Source of the DNA: a virus
Reading direction: 5' to 3' (one strand)
IMG/VR virus record: IMGVR_UViG_3300009161_000023
Coordinates: 96,001-160,000 of that record
DNA length: 64,000 nt
Under the pieces are notes generated by a model, which saw only the letters and a program-made list of their open reading frames with translations, made no database searches and was not told the origin of the DNA. Positions 47,071 to 57,217 of the stretch are shown here, in pieces (within the stretch, counting starts at the first letter, position 1; every line of letters begins with the position of its first letter). The position numbers and the translations under genes are program-made.

Positions 47071-48344
47071 ATATATTTGAAAATGAAGATTACATGCCAA
47101 AAGTAAAATTACAGAAGAAGTCTACTGTTCCTTACTTGAAGCCATTTTTTGTAAATAGTCAGACTAATTCTGCTTTGCAGCCTATTATTGATAGTTTCAA
47201 CAATTCTGATTCTGTAAATGTTGGGTATACGACTATAAAAAAAGATGGAGAGGAAGAATCTCCATCTTTGAAAAAGAAAACTATTTGGCTTACTGGAAGT
47301 TCTTTAAGAAATCATTTATCAAATGAAACATTTTACAATTACACTTGTGTAACAAATGCTTCTCCAGATGAAATTAAAATGATTTTAAATCAATCAAGTT
47401 ATGATTTTCAGCAAGTTAAACCTAAAGGAGAAATTGGAAATATAGAAAAATATAAAAATTTACCTGATGAAACTAATGATAAATATTTTTTTTATATAAG
47501 TAAAGTAGATGAGCAAAACAACGAAATGGAAGTTACAGCATCTGTTTCTGGAAATCTTGTTTACATAAGTACTTTAAACAGCAATATTAAATTTAAAATT
47601 GGCAATGATAAACTTAGAAAATTTACTTCATCTATTTCTGAAGATGCAAAAGGAAGAGATTTTTCTGTTAATGCTATTTATTTAAAGCTTAAAGATTCAA
47701 ATGGCAACAACAATGATATTTCTGATCCTGTTGGAGGAATGCATGATATTGCCAACAATAATATTAAATTATTAAATTCAACTTCGTTTACATTTAAAAC
47801 AAATCCAGCTTTGATTATTACTTTTTGCGAATTAAGTTCAAAGTTTAATAAAGATAAAAAGATAGAAAGAAGTGATTTAGTTTCAATTAAAAAAAACATT
47901 GATAATTTTAAAGATTATCCAAAACTATTTATTAGAACTTTAAGAAATTCAGTTAATAGTTCATCTACTCCAATATTTAGTTTTTTAAATAATCTTTATA
48001 TTACTGGGATGTTTGGAAAAATGTTTTCAGGTCTTAAAATAAGTTTGCCTCACATGGGATTACCTAGATATTTTGATTTTGTAATTGGTTATTTATTACA
48101 CGAGAATGAAAAAGAAAAAGTATCTATGGTTTTGTCTGAATTAGATTTTAATAAATTTGATATTAAAGAAGTTGAATTTACTATGGATTTAACAAAATGG
48201 ATTAAAACAGAAGACGATTCAATACTTAAATCTTTGCTTGATAATCAAAACAATCAATCTATAAATAAAATATACAATTATTTAAAATCTTTTGGAAAAG
48301 ATGTTATTTTTAAGAATGCAGCTAAAAAATATTTAGAAATGTAA
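47067..48344 (+). CDS. class II CCA-adding enzyme/poly(A) polymerase homologue with degenerate active site
   Basis: WLTGSSLRNHL...YNYTCVTNASP, EDAKGRDFSVNAI, DPVGGMHDI; ATGA overlap with the upstream gene. Confidence 0.75.
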   Translation: MNIFENEDYMPKVKLQKKSTVPYLKPFFVNSQTNSALQPIIDSFNNSDSVNVGYTTIKKDGEEESPSLKKKTIWLTGSSLRNHLSNETFYNYTCVTNASPDEIKMILNQSSYDFQQVKPKGEIGNIEKYKNLPDETNDKYFFYISKVDEQNNEMEVTASVSGNLVYISTLNSNIKFKIGNDKLRKFTSSISEDAKGRDFSVNAIYLKLKDSNGNNNDISDPVGGMHDIANNNIKLLNSTSFTFKTNPALIITFCELSSKFNKDKKIERSDLVSIKKNIDNFKDYPKLFIRTLRNSVNSSSTPIFSFLNNLYITGMFGKMFSGLKISLPHMGLPRYFDFVIGYLLHENEKEKVSMVLSELDFNKFDIKEVEFTMDLTKWIKTEDDSILKSLLDNQNNQSINKIYNYLKSFGKDVIFKNAAKKYLEM

Positions 48345-48356
48345 TTATTTTAAAGT

Positions 48357-49205
48357 ATGCACTTTTTAACAATAGCAGAAGATACTCCTTATTATCAATG
48401 GCAAATTGAATTATTAATTGAATCGTTCAAGATGAAAAAACTTGAAGACAAATTATTCATATATCTTATAAAGACTGAAAATTCAGTTGATGGTATAAAA
48501 AACAACATTAATAGTCATCCTAATTTATTTTATTACAATTCAGATAGGATAAAAACTTGTAGTTTAAATTTTGATTTTCATCAATGTATTTTAAATTATA
48601 GAAATAATTTTCCACTAGAAAATTTTATGATTTTAGATACTGATAACTTATTAAAAAACATTGATGAATCTGATTTTAATTTACAAAATTTAGTTTATCA
48701 GATTGATCAAAAGGAAAACGATGAGTTGTCTTTAATATTAAAACTATCAAGAAGTAAATATAATTATAGTTTTTATCCTATGACATCGATTATTTACTTT
48801 AGTGCATTTTATTCATATGATTTTTTCAAATCTGCATTTTTAATACTAGAAGACTTAATTAAAATTTCTTTTTTTTGTAATATTGATAATGAAAAACATG
48901 AACCAGATTTAGATTTATATAAATATTCTTATTTGATTCTTTCATTAATGTATAACATTAAAGTTAATCCTTCATATAAGCTTTTAAATTATGCATATGA
49001 AGGCACTGACATGGATGTAAATTTTATTTCTTACAAGCATGATGTTAAACCTTACTTTTATAAAAAAAATTACTTTCAAAAGGATTTTAAAAATCTATCT
49101 TTGAGTTATACTGACCCATTTGAAAACATGTTAGATTTACCAGATTTTGTTGGTTGTTCTTTTATAAAAAGCATTGTTTTAAGTTATCAAAATTTTTCTG
49201 ATTGA
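48357..49205 (+). CDS. putative GT-A glycosyltransferase (HPAT/SERGT-like N-terminal motif)
   Basis: YYQWQIELLIESF and FMILDTD (DxD). Confidence 0.45.
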   Translation: MHFLTIAEDTPYYQWQIELLIESFKMKKLEDKLFIYLIKTENSVDGIKNNINSHPNLFYYNSDRIKTCSLNFDFHQCILNYRNNFPLENFMILDTDNLLKNIDESDFNLQNLVYQIDQKENDELSLILKLSRSKYNYSFYPMTSIIYFSAFYSYDFFKSAFLILEDLIKISFFCNIDNEKHEPDLDLYKYSYLILSLMYNIKVNPSYKLLNYAYEGTDMDVNFISYKHDVKPYFYKKNYFQKDFKNLSLSYTDPFENMLDLPDFVGCSFIKSIVLSYQNFSD

Positions 49206-50281
49206 GTTAAAGCACTAGCTACTACTTGATCCATATTATAATATTGATATTTTCCTAATCTTCCGCCAAATATAATTTGATCATCATTCATTAGGCTAAC
49301 ATATTTTTCATAGATTTCTTTATTTTTACTTGTTGGTACTGGATAATATGGTTCATTGCCTTCTTGAACATTATAATCCTGTGGATATTCTTTTGTTATC
49401 CATGATCCAGTTACTGTTTCATCGTGAAAGAACTTAGATTCAAATATTCTAGTATAAGGTATTTTTTCATCTGTATAATTAATAATAGAATTTCCTTGAT
49501 AATCATTTTTATGAAATGTTTCTTCAAATCTCAATGATCTATACTCAAGCAACCCATAAGAATAATTGAAATATTGATCTACCTTACCAGAGTAAATTAT
49601 TTTCTTATAATTTTTTAAATAAAAGTTTTTGTTTTCAAAGAAATCTGTATTTAAAATAACTTTGATTTTTGGATTATCTAAAAGTTTTTCAAATATTTCA
49701 GTATATCCATTTGTTGGTATACCTTCAAATTTGTCATCAAAATATCTATCATTGTAATTTAATCTAATTGGTATTCTTTTAATTATAGAAACTGGTAATT
49801 CTTTTGGATCTTTATTCCATTGTTTTTTCGTATATCCTTTTATAAAAATTTCATAAAGCTCTCTGCCGATATTTGCCAAACAAAATTCTTCTAAGTTTTT
49901 AGGATCAGCTATACTTAACTTTTTATCTTCAAGGATACTCTTGGCATGGTCAGGAGTAATACAACCATAGACTTGATTTAAAGTAAAAAGATTTATTGGA
50001 AATGAATATAGTTTGTCTTCATAAATAACTTTAGTATGTTGTTTTTTATTGTTAAATTTTACAATTCCATTCATGTATGACCAAATTCTTTGATTGTTTG
50101 TATGGAATATATGAGGGCCATACTTGTGTACTGGTATATTATTTTTAATTTCAGTATAACAGTTGCCACCAAAATGATTTCTTTTGTCTAAGACATCTAC
50201 AAAATATCCTTTTTTAGCTAATTCGCTAGCTAATACTGAGCCATAAAGACCAGAACCTACAACAAGAATTTTATGCTTCAT
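49187..50281 (-). CDS. glf: UDP-galactopyranose mutase
   Basis: VVGSGLYGSVLA, GGNCY, HKYGPHIFHTN, DRYFDDKFEGIP, EPYYP, GRLGKYQYYNMDQ. Confidence 0.95.
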   Translation of the reverse strand: MKHKILVVGSGLYGSVLASELAKKGYFVDVLDKRNHFGGNCYTEIKNNIPVHKYGPHIFHTNNQRIWSYMNGIVKFNNKKQHTKVIYEDKLYSFPINLFTLNQVYGCITPDHAKSILEDKKLSIADPKNLEEFCLANIGRELYEIFIKGYTKKQWNKDPKELPVSIIKRIPIRLNYNDRYFDDKFEGIPTNGYTEIFEKLLDNPKIKVILNTDFFENKNFYLKNYKKIIYSGKVDQYFNYSYGLLEYRSLRFEETFHKNDYQGNSIINYTDEKIPYTRIFESKFFHDETVTGSWITKEYPQDYNVQEGNEPYYPVPTSKNKEIYEKYVSLMNDDQIIFGGRLGKYQYYNMDQVVASALTQSEKF

Positions 50282-51131
50282 ATAATTTAATCTCTTCTGT
50301 TATTTCTTTATTATCGTTCATTACGAAATCATCAATTGGTTTTCTATAATTATTTTTAATAAGGTTTTTGTTCATAATTGGTCTTGAAACGCCTATTAAG
50401 ATTTCAGGGCCTTTATTATTGTAAATTTTATCAAAGTATTCTAAATTAAAATAAACATTTGATGAAATATTTTCCATATAAATATTTAATTTTTTATTAT
50501 ATTTAGGATTTTTATCACTTATAGAAAGAAGAGTTTTAAAACCTTTTAAATCAATATTAATATTTATTTTTCTTGACACATCTCTACAGATATATTTATT
50601 ATTAGATTGATGACAAAAAAACGAAAGAAATATTTCTAGTCCTTTACCAAAATTTTCAGTTGATATATTAAAATCAATAAAATTACTTAATATATCTTTT
50701 CTTACAGCAAAACATCTAGGGTCAGGACATTTAATAATATTAAGTCCATAAAATTTATTAATATTATAATTTAAAGGATCATTGAAGTAAAAATATTTAG
50801 AATAATTTAAATTAAAATCTAGAATACCAGCATCAAAATAATATTTATCAAAAAACCATTTTGTTTTTTTTATTAAGTATGGTATTTCTTTATATGCATC
50901 AAATGAACCATGCAAGAAAAAACATACTTCTTCTTTTTGACTTAACATTCTTATGAATAATTTTTTTAAATTTTTACTTTTGTAATTTATTATTTTAATT
51001 TTTTTACTTTTAAGCTTTTTGCTAAAATTAAATAAAGAAAATTTAATTTTGTGTTTTCTTAAAAAATTAATAAGATCATAATTTATTTTTTCATGTTTAA
51101 AACGAAATATAATAAATCTTAATTTTATCAT
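50271..51131 (-). CDS. hypothetical protein, possibly glycosyltransferase-like
   Basis: Within the glycan island; no intact motif. Confidence 0.5.
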   Translation of the reverse strand: MIKLRFIIFRFKHEKINYDLINFLRKHKIKFSLFNFSKKLKSKKIKIINYKSKNLKKLFIRMLSQKEEVCFFLHGSFDAYKEIPYLIKKTKWFFDKYYFDAGILDFNLNYSKYFYFNDPLNYNINKFYGLNIIKCPDPRCFAVRKDILSNFIDFNISTENFGKGLEIFLSFFCHQSNNKYICRDVSRKININIDLKGFKTLLSISDKNPKYNKKLNIYMENISSNVYFNLEYFDKIYNNKGPEILIGVSRPIMNKNLIKNNYRKPIDDFVMNDNKEITEEIKLYEA

Positions 51132-51913
51132 TATTTTCTACTCAGTTCATATAGTATTTCATTCAAAGAGTCTTCAGTTTTGACTGGGTGAACAATAGAG
51201 AGTTGTTTATTAATTTCACTTGCTTCTATAGGGGGCCTAAATCTCATCATGTATTTCTTATTCATTCCTTGCCAAGAAAAATCTTCTTCTTTGAATCTGG
51301 TATAACTAAAAACATTTAACTTGTTGTACATGCAAATAGTTGGAAGTAAGACTTCAATAACATCATATTGATGAAAATTTGGATAAAATCCTTGAGGCAT
51401 AAGACTTGTGAAATTTAAAAATTTTTCAAATATTTGATTACAAAGAATTTCCATTAAATTTCTTTTAATGAAATAACAACATCCTAAGATACAATAATAA
51501 TCTTCAAAGCTTACATCTAAACATTTTTTGAACATATCATCTTCGCAAAAAACATGTCTAAAATCATTTGCTATTAAGCTGTAATTTTCATTAATATATT
51601 GAAAATCATTTTTGAATTTTTCATTTAAAATAAAGTTATCAAACTCACTAAATAAATACCAATCTGCATTAGGAAAAAGTTCGTATGTTTTTTTCAAATT
51701 TAACATTACATTTTTAAATGGATTCCTTGCAGCAGTATGTTTGAATCCTTCTATTACATTAACATCAGAAAAGTAATCTAAAGGCCATTCTTCATAAGAA
51801 GTTCCTTCTATTAAAACTGAAATATCATGAGTAACATTCTTCTTTAGAAGATCAATATTTCTTCTTGCTAAAGATGGATCGTTATGAACATTTAAACTTG
51901 CAGCGAATATCAA
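51131..51913 (-). CDS. putative GT-A glycosyltransferase
   Basis: ADWYLFSEFDNFIL, GCCYFIKR, IVHPVK. Confidence 0.55.
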   Translation of the reverse strand: MIFAASLNVHNDPSLARRNIDLLKKNVTHDISVLIEGTSYEEWPLDYFSDVNVIEGFKHTAARNPFKNVMLNLKKTYELFPNADWYLFSEFDNFILNEKFKNDFQYINENYSLIANDFRHVFCEDDMFKKCLDVSFEDYYCILGCCYFIKRNLMEILCNQIFEKFLNFTSLMPQGFYPNFHQYDVIEVLLPTICMYNKLNVFSYTRFKEEDFSWQGMNKKYMMRFRPPIEASEINKQLSIVHPVKTEDSLNEILYELSRK

Positions 51914-51922
51914 TTTTTACCT

Positions 51923-52504
51923 CTATTTTATTATATTGCTTTTTAATACAATAAAATCAAATTTTTTCTTATTTAAATAATAAATTTTCCATTCATTAAT
52001 ATTTAAAAGGTAATCTATTTTCTTAAAGAAATAATCATCTATTCCTTCTATAATAATAAATTTTTCTGGTTTAATATTATTAAATATAATATCATAAAAA
52101 CTATCGCTATTATTTTTTTTAATATAATTATTTATAAAAAGAAGATCTACGCTAATATTACATTTAAACAATATATTTTTTGAATTTTCATATAATAATA
52201 ATTCAATGTCATCTATGTAATTAATTAATTCATAATAGCTTAAGTTAATTTCATCATCTATTTTTGCTAATAATTTTGGTTTTCCTGCAAGTAGTGCTAT
52301 GCTTGGTAAATTAAAAAATGAATTTACTTGAAATACACTATCGCAATCTTCTGCTATGAGTTTTAATATTTTTAAATTTTCTTCATAGTCTTCTATTATG
52401 TCTTTTTCAATGCAATCACTATGAATGAATTTATAAATTGGGTCTTTGTATTTTTTAAATAAATTTAAATAAATATCAGTAATGTTTTTTATTTCTTGCA
52501 CCAT
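51923..52504 (-). CDS. class I SAM methyltransferase-like protein (degenerate)
   Basis: ALLAGKPK, VDLLFIN; lacks a canonical glycine SAM loop. Confidence 0.45.
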   Translation of the reverse strand: MVQEIKNITDIYLNLFKKYKDPIYKFIHSDCIEKDIIEDYEENLKILKLIAEDCDSVFQVNSFFNLPSIALLAGKPKLLAKIDDEINLSYYELINYIDDIELLLYENSKNILFKCNISVDLLFINNYIKKNNSDSFYDIIFNNIKPEKFIIIEGIDDYFFKKIDYLLNINEWKIYYLNKKKFDFIVLKSNIIK

Positions 52505-53583
52505 TTTTTTACTAAGTCTATGATTTTATCAACATCATTGTATTTTAAGTTATTGTGAACAGGTAAATTTATACCATTATCATAAAAGTTTTGACTCTGA
52601 TCAAATGTTCCTACACAATATTTTTTAAACTTTTTTATTGTATGTAATGGAGGAAACCTTAGCACTGTATAAACTTCATTTTTCAACATATATTTTGCAA
52701 ATTCATTTCTGTTTTTAATAGTAACTAAATAAGAAAAATAAGATTCTTGTTTTGATTTATCATATTTTTGACATATTTTAATATTTGGTAATTTTTCAAA
52801 TTCTTTTTGATAAATTTCCCAAATTCTTTTTCTCTTGTTTTGATTTCTTGTAAGATTTTTTAATTGTTCTAAAGCAAAAATACAAGCAATATCATTTGGC
52901 ATGTATTTTACATTATTATTAATATAATCGAAATCCCACCACATTTTTTCTTGTGAATTTTTATTTCTTATTATGCCATAATTTCTAAATGCTAATGCTT
53001 CATTAAGTAAATCATCATTAAAGCATACTCCTCCTAAATCTGGTGTAGCTATATTTTTTATAGAATCAAAGCTAAAACATCCTACATCTCCTATTGCACC
53101 AGCATAACTATTATTAATTTTAGAATTAACTACTTGAGCAGCATCTTCTAAGATTTTAACCTTATAGTTCTTAAATGAAATTAAATCTTCGGTTATTTTA
53201 CCACCATAATGAACTACCATTATGCATTTAATTTTTTTATCAAATACCTTGTTTACAGTAGATAAGCTTAAATTTGCATCATGATCTACATCACAAATAA
53301 CTGGCGTAAGATTCGCAGATAATATTGCTTGTATGCAGCCAAAAAATGTAAATGAAGGCAATAATACCTTATCCCCTTTTTTTAATTTCAATAAATGTAA
53401 TCCTAAATGCAAAGCATTAGTACCATTATTAACAGAAATGAATTTTTTATTAATTCTTTCTGAGAATTTTTTTTCAAATTCCTCGGTGTACTTTCCAATT
53501 CCAATCCATCCATTTTTTATACAATTTTTAACATCAGTTACTATATTTTTATAGTTGTGTTTTGAGCTAGAAACATTGATCAT
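52489..53583 (-). CDS. DegT/DnrJ/EryC1/StrS sugar aminotransferase
   Basis: NNGTNALHL, LEDAAQ, GCFSFDSIKNI (PLP lysine). Confidence 0.95.
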   Translation of the reverse strand: MINVSSSKHNYKNIVTDVKNCIKNGWIGIGKYTEEFEKKFSERINKKFISVNNGTNALHLGLHLLKLKKGDKVLLPSFTFFGCIQAILSANLTPVICDVDHDANLSLSTVNKVFDKKIKCIMVVHYGGKITEDLISFKNYKVKILEDAAQVVNSKINNSYAGAIGDVGCFSFDSIKNIATPDLGGVCFNDDLLNEALAFRNYGIIRNKNSQEKMWWDFDYINNNVKYMPNDIACIFALEQLKNLTRNQNKRKRIWEIYQKEFEKLPNIKICQKYDKSKQESYFSYLVTIKNRNEFAKYMLKNEVYTVLRFPPLHTIKKFKKYCVGTFDQSQNFYDNGINLPVHNNLKYNDVDKIIDLVKKWCKK

Positions 53584-53596
53584 GTATTAATATAAT

Positions 53597-54385
53597 ATGT
53601 TTAAAATTAAATTTAATGATATAAAGTTCCATATAAGAATAATTACTTATCCAAGAAATGGCAAAACAAAAAATATTTTGCCAAAGACATTAGATTCTAT
53701 ATTAAAGCAAACTTATAAAAACTGGGAAATTTATCTTTTTGGTGACGATTACAGTCCAAAAGAAGAGTTGCTAGAAATAGCGAGTGTAATACCAGATAAA
53801 AAAATAAAAATAAGAAACTTAGATGTTAATTCTGAAAGATACCATTACAGTGGTATGGATTTATGGTATTGTGCAGGTGTAAATGCATGTAATTATGTGT
53901 TAGATTGGATGCATAATGATGGAGTTAAAATAGTAGCTCTTTGTAACGATGATGATATTTGGTTGCCGAATCACTTAGAAACATTAGCTTCTGGGTATAA
54001 TAAATTCCCAGAAGCTAGTTTTGTTTACACAAGAGGAAATCATTTGCAGCTTGGCAAATTGCCTTTTCAAGAAGTGCATAATTTGTATTACAATAACATG
54101 CCAATTGAAGAATATAATGCTATTTTCTCGGCAACAAGCTGGAGATTAGATAAAATAAATTTAAGATTTAAAAATTGTTCAAGCCAAAAAATTCCATCAG
54201 ATGCAGATTTATGGATAAGAATTAAAAAGCATTGTTTTGCTACTAATTTAAAATTTCTTTATATACCAAAGATTACTGTTGATCATGAATCTCATAAACC
54301 AGAAGGAACTGAAAAAACAAAACAATTACCAAAAAATTTAGATGAAATAAAATCAATTAAATCTAAAAGAAACTTGTTATTTTAA
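53597..54385 (+). CDS. glycosyltransferase family 2
   Basis: LDSILKQTYKNWEIYLFGDD, LCNDDDIWLPNHLE. Confidence 0.85.
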   Translation: MFKIKFNDIKFHIRIITYPRNGKTKNILPKTLDSILKQTYKNWEIYLFGDDYSPKEELLEIASVIPDKKIKIRNLDVNSERYHYSGMDLWYCAGVNACNYVLDWMHNDGVKIVALCNDDDIWLPNHLETLASGYNKFPEASFVYTRGNHLQLGKLPFQEVHNLYYNNMPIEEYNAIFSATSWRLDKINLRFKNCSSQKIPSDADLWIRIKKHCFATNLKFLYIPKITVDHESHKPEGTEKTKQLPKNLDEIKSIKSKRNLLF

Positions 54386-54389
54386 ATAT

Positions 54390-55658
54390 ATGAAAAAAAA
54401 CATACTTGTTTTTCCAAGTGCTTCTAATTTAGCAATTGAAATATTCTATTCTTTATCTAAAGATAAAAATATTAATTTAATTGGATGTTCTTCTTGTATC
54501 GATAATGAAATTACAAAAATATTTAAAAATAATGTGATTATTAAAAAATTCATACATGATATAAATTTTTTGAATGAATTAAATAAAATAATAAAAACGC
54601 AAAAAATAGATTTGATTTATCCACTAAGTGATGATGTTAGTTTGTTTTTATGCAAGAACAAAAAAAGAATTAAATGTGATGTCTTATCTTCATCATCATT
54701 AAACACTCAACAATTACTAAGATCTAAACTTAAAACATATGAATTTCTAAAAAATTCAATAAGTACCCCAGTTGTTTATTACGACTTTAAAAAAATAAAA
54801 AAATACCCAGTTTTTATTAAGCCCCAAGAAGGAAATTCCTCTAAAGATTGTTATTTAGTAAAAGATAAAAAAGAATTAAATTTTTATTATAAAAAAATTA
54901 AAAATCCAATTGTAATGGAGAATTTACCATATCAAGAATTTACAGTAGATTGTTTTACAAATTATAAAAAAGAACTTATTTTTTCTCAGCCAAGGTTAAG
55001 AATAAACAAAAGTTTAGGTGCTTCTTCATATACTAAAATAATCGACAATAAAATTTTAATCGATATGGCAAATGATATAAATTCTATTTTAGATTTTAAC
55101 GGTTCTTGGTTTTTTCAAGCAAAAATTGATTATGTTGGATGTCCCAAAATTCTTGAAATATCTCCAAGAATAGGTGCTTCTTGTGGCGTAAATAGAATAA
55201 ATGATATAAATCTCCCTCTTCTAAACATTTACAATCATTACAAAGAAGATGTTCAAATATGTTCAAATATGCTTCAGGTAATTGGATTTAGATATTTAAA
55301 TTACAATTTTGATTTTTCATTTTCTAGTTTTAAAAATGTTTACATAGATTTCGATGATACATTAATTATTAATAAAAAAATTAATTCAAATCTTATGAAA
55401 TTCTTGTTTGATTTTAAAAATGAAAAAATAAAAGTATTCTTGATTTCAAAACATAAAGGAAATTTAAATGAACATCTTAACAAGCTCGGCATTTATAATC
55501 TTTTTGATGGAATAATACATTTAAAAAACAATGAAAACAAATCTGATTATATGATGAAAGATTCTTTTCTTATAGATGATAGTTTTTTTGAAAGAAATCA
55601 AGCTAGAGAAAAAGGATTTATAGCCTTCCCTGTAGAATTCTTTTATTCTGAATGCTAA
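54390..55658 (+). CDS. ATP-grasp ligase fused to a HAD-like domain
   Basis: PVFIKP, EFTVD, LEISPRIG; C-terminal YIDFDDTL and LIDDS. Confidence 0.85.
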   Translation: MKKNILVFPSASNLAIEIFYSLSKDKNINLIGCSSCIDNEITKIFKNNVIIKKFIHDINFLNELNKIIKTQKIDLIYPLSDDVSLFLCKNKKRIKCDVLSSSSLNTQQLLRSKLKTYEFLKNSISTPVVYYDFKKIKKYPVFIKPQEGNSSKDCYLVKDKKELNFYYKKIKNPIVMENLPYQEFTVDCFTNYKKELIFSQPRLRINKSLGASSYTKIIDNKILIDMANDINSILDFNGSWFFQAKIDYVGCPKILEISPRIGASCGVNRINDINLPLLNIYNHYKEDVQICSNMLQVIGFRYLNYNFDFSFSSFKNVYIDFDDTLIINKKINSNLMKFLFDFKNEKIKVFLISKHKGNLNEHLNKLGIYNLFDGIIHLKNNENKSDYMMKDSFLIDDSFFERNQAREKGFIAFPVEFFYSEC

Positions 55659-56383
55659 ATGATTTTAGTGTTTTTATTAAAAAAATTGATTTCTTCTTGT
55701 CTGGTTTTAAAATAATTTGAATTTGAAAAATCAGAATTTAATTTTACAACATTGTATTTTTTATTTGCAAAATAAGATATAGTTAATCTTTCATAAAAAT
55801 AAGCACAGTTTACATGCATTTTATGATTTTGAAAATTGTAACTATCGTAATCGTAATTTATTCCATATTTTTCAAAGAAATAATTAAATTCTTTTATCCA
55901 CCATCTCAAAAAATCAATCATTATTGATTTTGTACAAATAAAATTATTACTGTAAAAACTCATTCCTGTTTTTTTAAATTTATTTCTTTCAAGCAATTCA
56001 TCCATATAAACATTTATCCCAATATGGTTTTCGCAGCTTTCATTATACCAATTTGAAATTGGGGCAGCTACATACACACTACTTTTTTTAAATTTATCAT
56101 GTAATGAAGGTACTTTTTCTATTGGAATTACTTTTTTTTCTGTATCAACTTTGTATTTTTCATTCCATCTTGCAGACGCTATCCCAATATATTCATATTT
56201 TCCAACTATTGATAAATTGTTTGCAAGATACCAAATAAATCTATTTTCTGCTAATGCATTTATTCTATAAATTTTATTACCAGATAATTTATTTAAATTG
56301 ATTATTTCTATATGTTTATTTACTTTGATTTTTTTCAAGTAATTTTCATCATTATGTAATACAAATATTTTTAAATTATTCAT
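55655..56383 (-). CDS. putative glycosyltransferase (DUF4422/GT111-like)
   Basis: YEYIG...RW, NNFICTK, YERL. Confidence 0.5.
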   Translation of the reverse strand: MNNLKIFVLHNDENYLKKIKVNKHIEIINLNKLSGNKIYRINALAENRFIWYLANNLSIVGKYEYIGIASARWNEKYKVDTEKKVIPIEKVPSLHDKFKKSSVYVAAPISNWYNESCENHIGINVYMDELLERNKFKKTGMSFYSNNFICTKSIMIDFLRWWIKEFNYFFEKYGINYDYDSYNFQNHKMHVNCAYFYERLTISYFANKKYNVVKLNSDFSNSNYFKTRQEEINFFNKNTKII

Positions 56384-56384
56384 G

Positions 56385-57182
56385 TTAAATAAACTGTTTT
56401 GTTACAAAAGGGTTATTAAGCCACAATCCATTTGGCAGTTTAAATCCTTGGTTTTTTTGGTTTAATTCTCCATATTCTTTTCCATAAGTTGCATTTTTTT
56501 GATCACTGTATTTATTCGTATGATATTGAATATATATTTTTTTTAATTGTGCTAATTTGTCTTTTAAACATCCAACGAATATTGCATGATGAATAATTGC
56601 TTGTGGTGTCACAGGAGCGTGTGGCCCATTTACAAAATATTCTTCTGGCATAAAATCGTGTCTTACATTAGCATGATGGATTAAATCATTCAGTATGTCT
56701 TGGTCTGCAAATTCAGGCTTGTTTACCTTTAGCTCATCTTTTATTTTTTTAATTAAAGTGTTAATTTCCAAAGTATTTCTTAATAAGTAATACCCACCAT
56801 TATATCTTTCATAATAGTGTGCTGAATTATGTTCCATAATACCAAAAAAATCTAATTTTCTACTATCCATAATATTTGTTGCTTGGAAAAGATTCATTGG
56901 GTTTAGATATTGAATATCAACATCATTGAAAACTATAATTTCTCGTTTTTCTACTTGGCTTAAGTTTTCTAAAATCCAATCTAATTTTAATATACCTGCT
57001 TCGTACCACGATGGAGTGCCGAATCCAAATGAATTAAATGAAGTTAAATTTATTTTTTTAAAATTAAGAGTAAATGCTTTTTCGTACTTTTTTAAAGATT
57101 TAAGATACAGATAATATAATGGTTTTATATTATCTGACCAAACTCCAATTAAACGCATCTTTTTAGAAATACAATTCATCAT
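56385..57182 (-). CDS. nucleotide-diphospho-sugar transferase (GT77-like)
   Basis: VFNDVDI, NGGYYLLR, DQDILN. Confidence 0.75.
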   Translation of the reverse strand: MMNCISKKMRLIGVWSDNIKPLYYLYLKSLKKYEKAFTLNFKKINLTSFNSFGFGTPSWYEAGILKLDWILENLSQVEKREIIVFNDVDIQYLNPMNLFQATNIMDSRKLDFFGIMEHNSAHYYERYNGGYYLLRNTLEINTLIKKIKDELKVNKPEFADQDILNDLIHHANVRHDFMPEEYFVNGPHAPVTPQAIIHHAIFVGCLKDKLAQLKKIYIQYHTNKYSDQKNATYGKEYGELNQKNQGFKLPNGLWLNNPFVTKQFI

Positions 57183-57217
57183 ATGTTTATATAATATATA
57201 TAAATAAAAATAATAAT

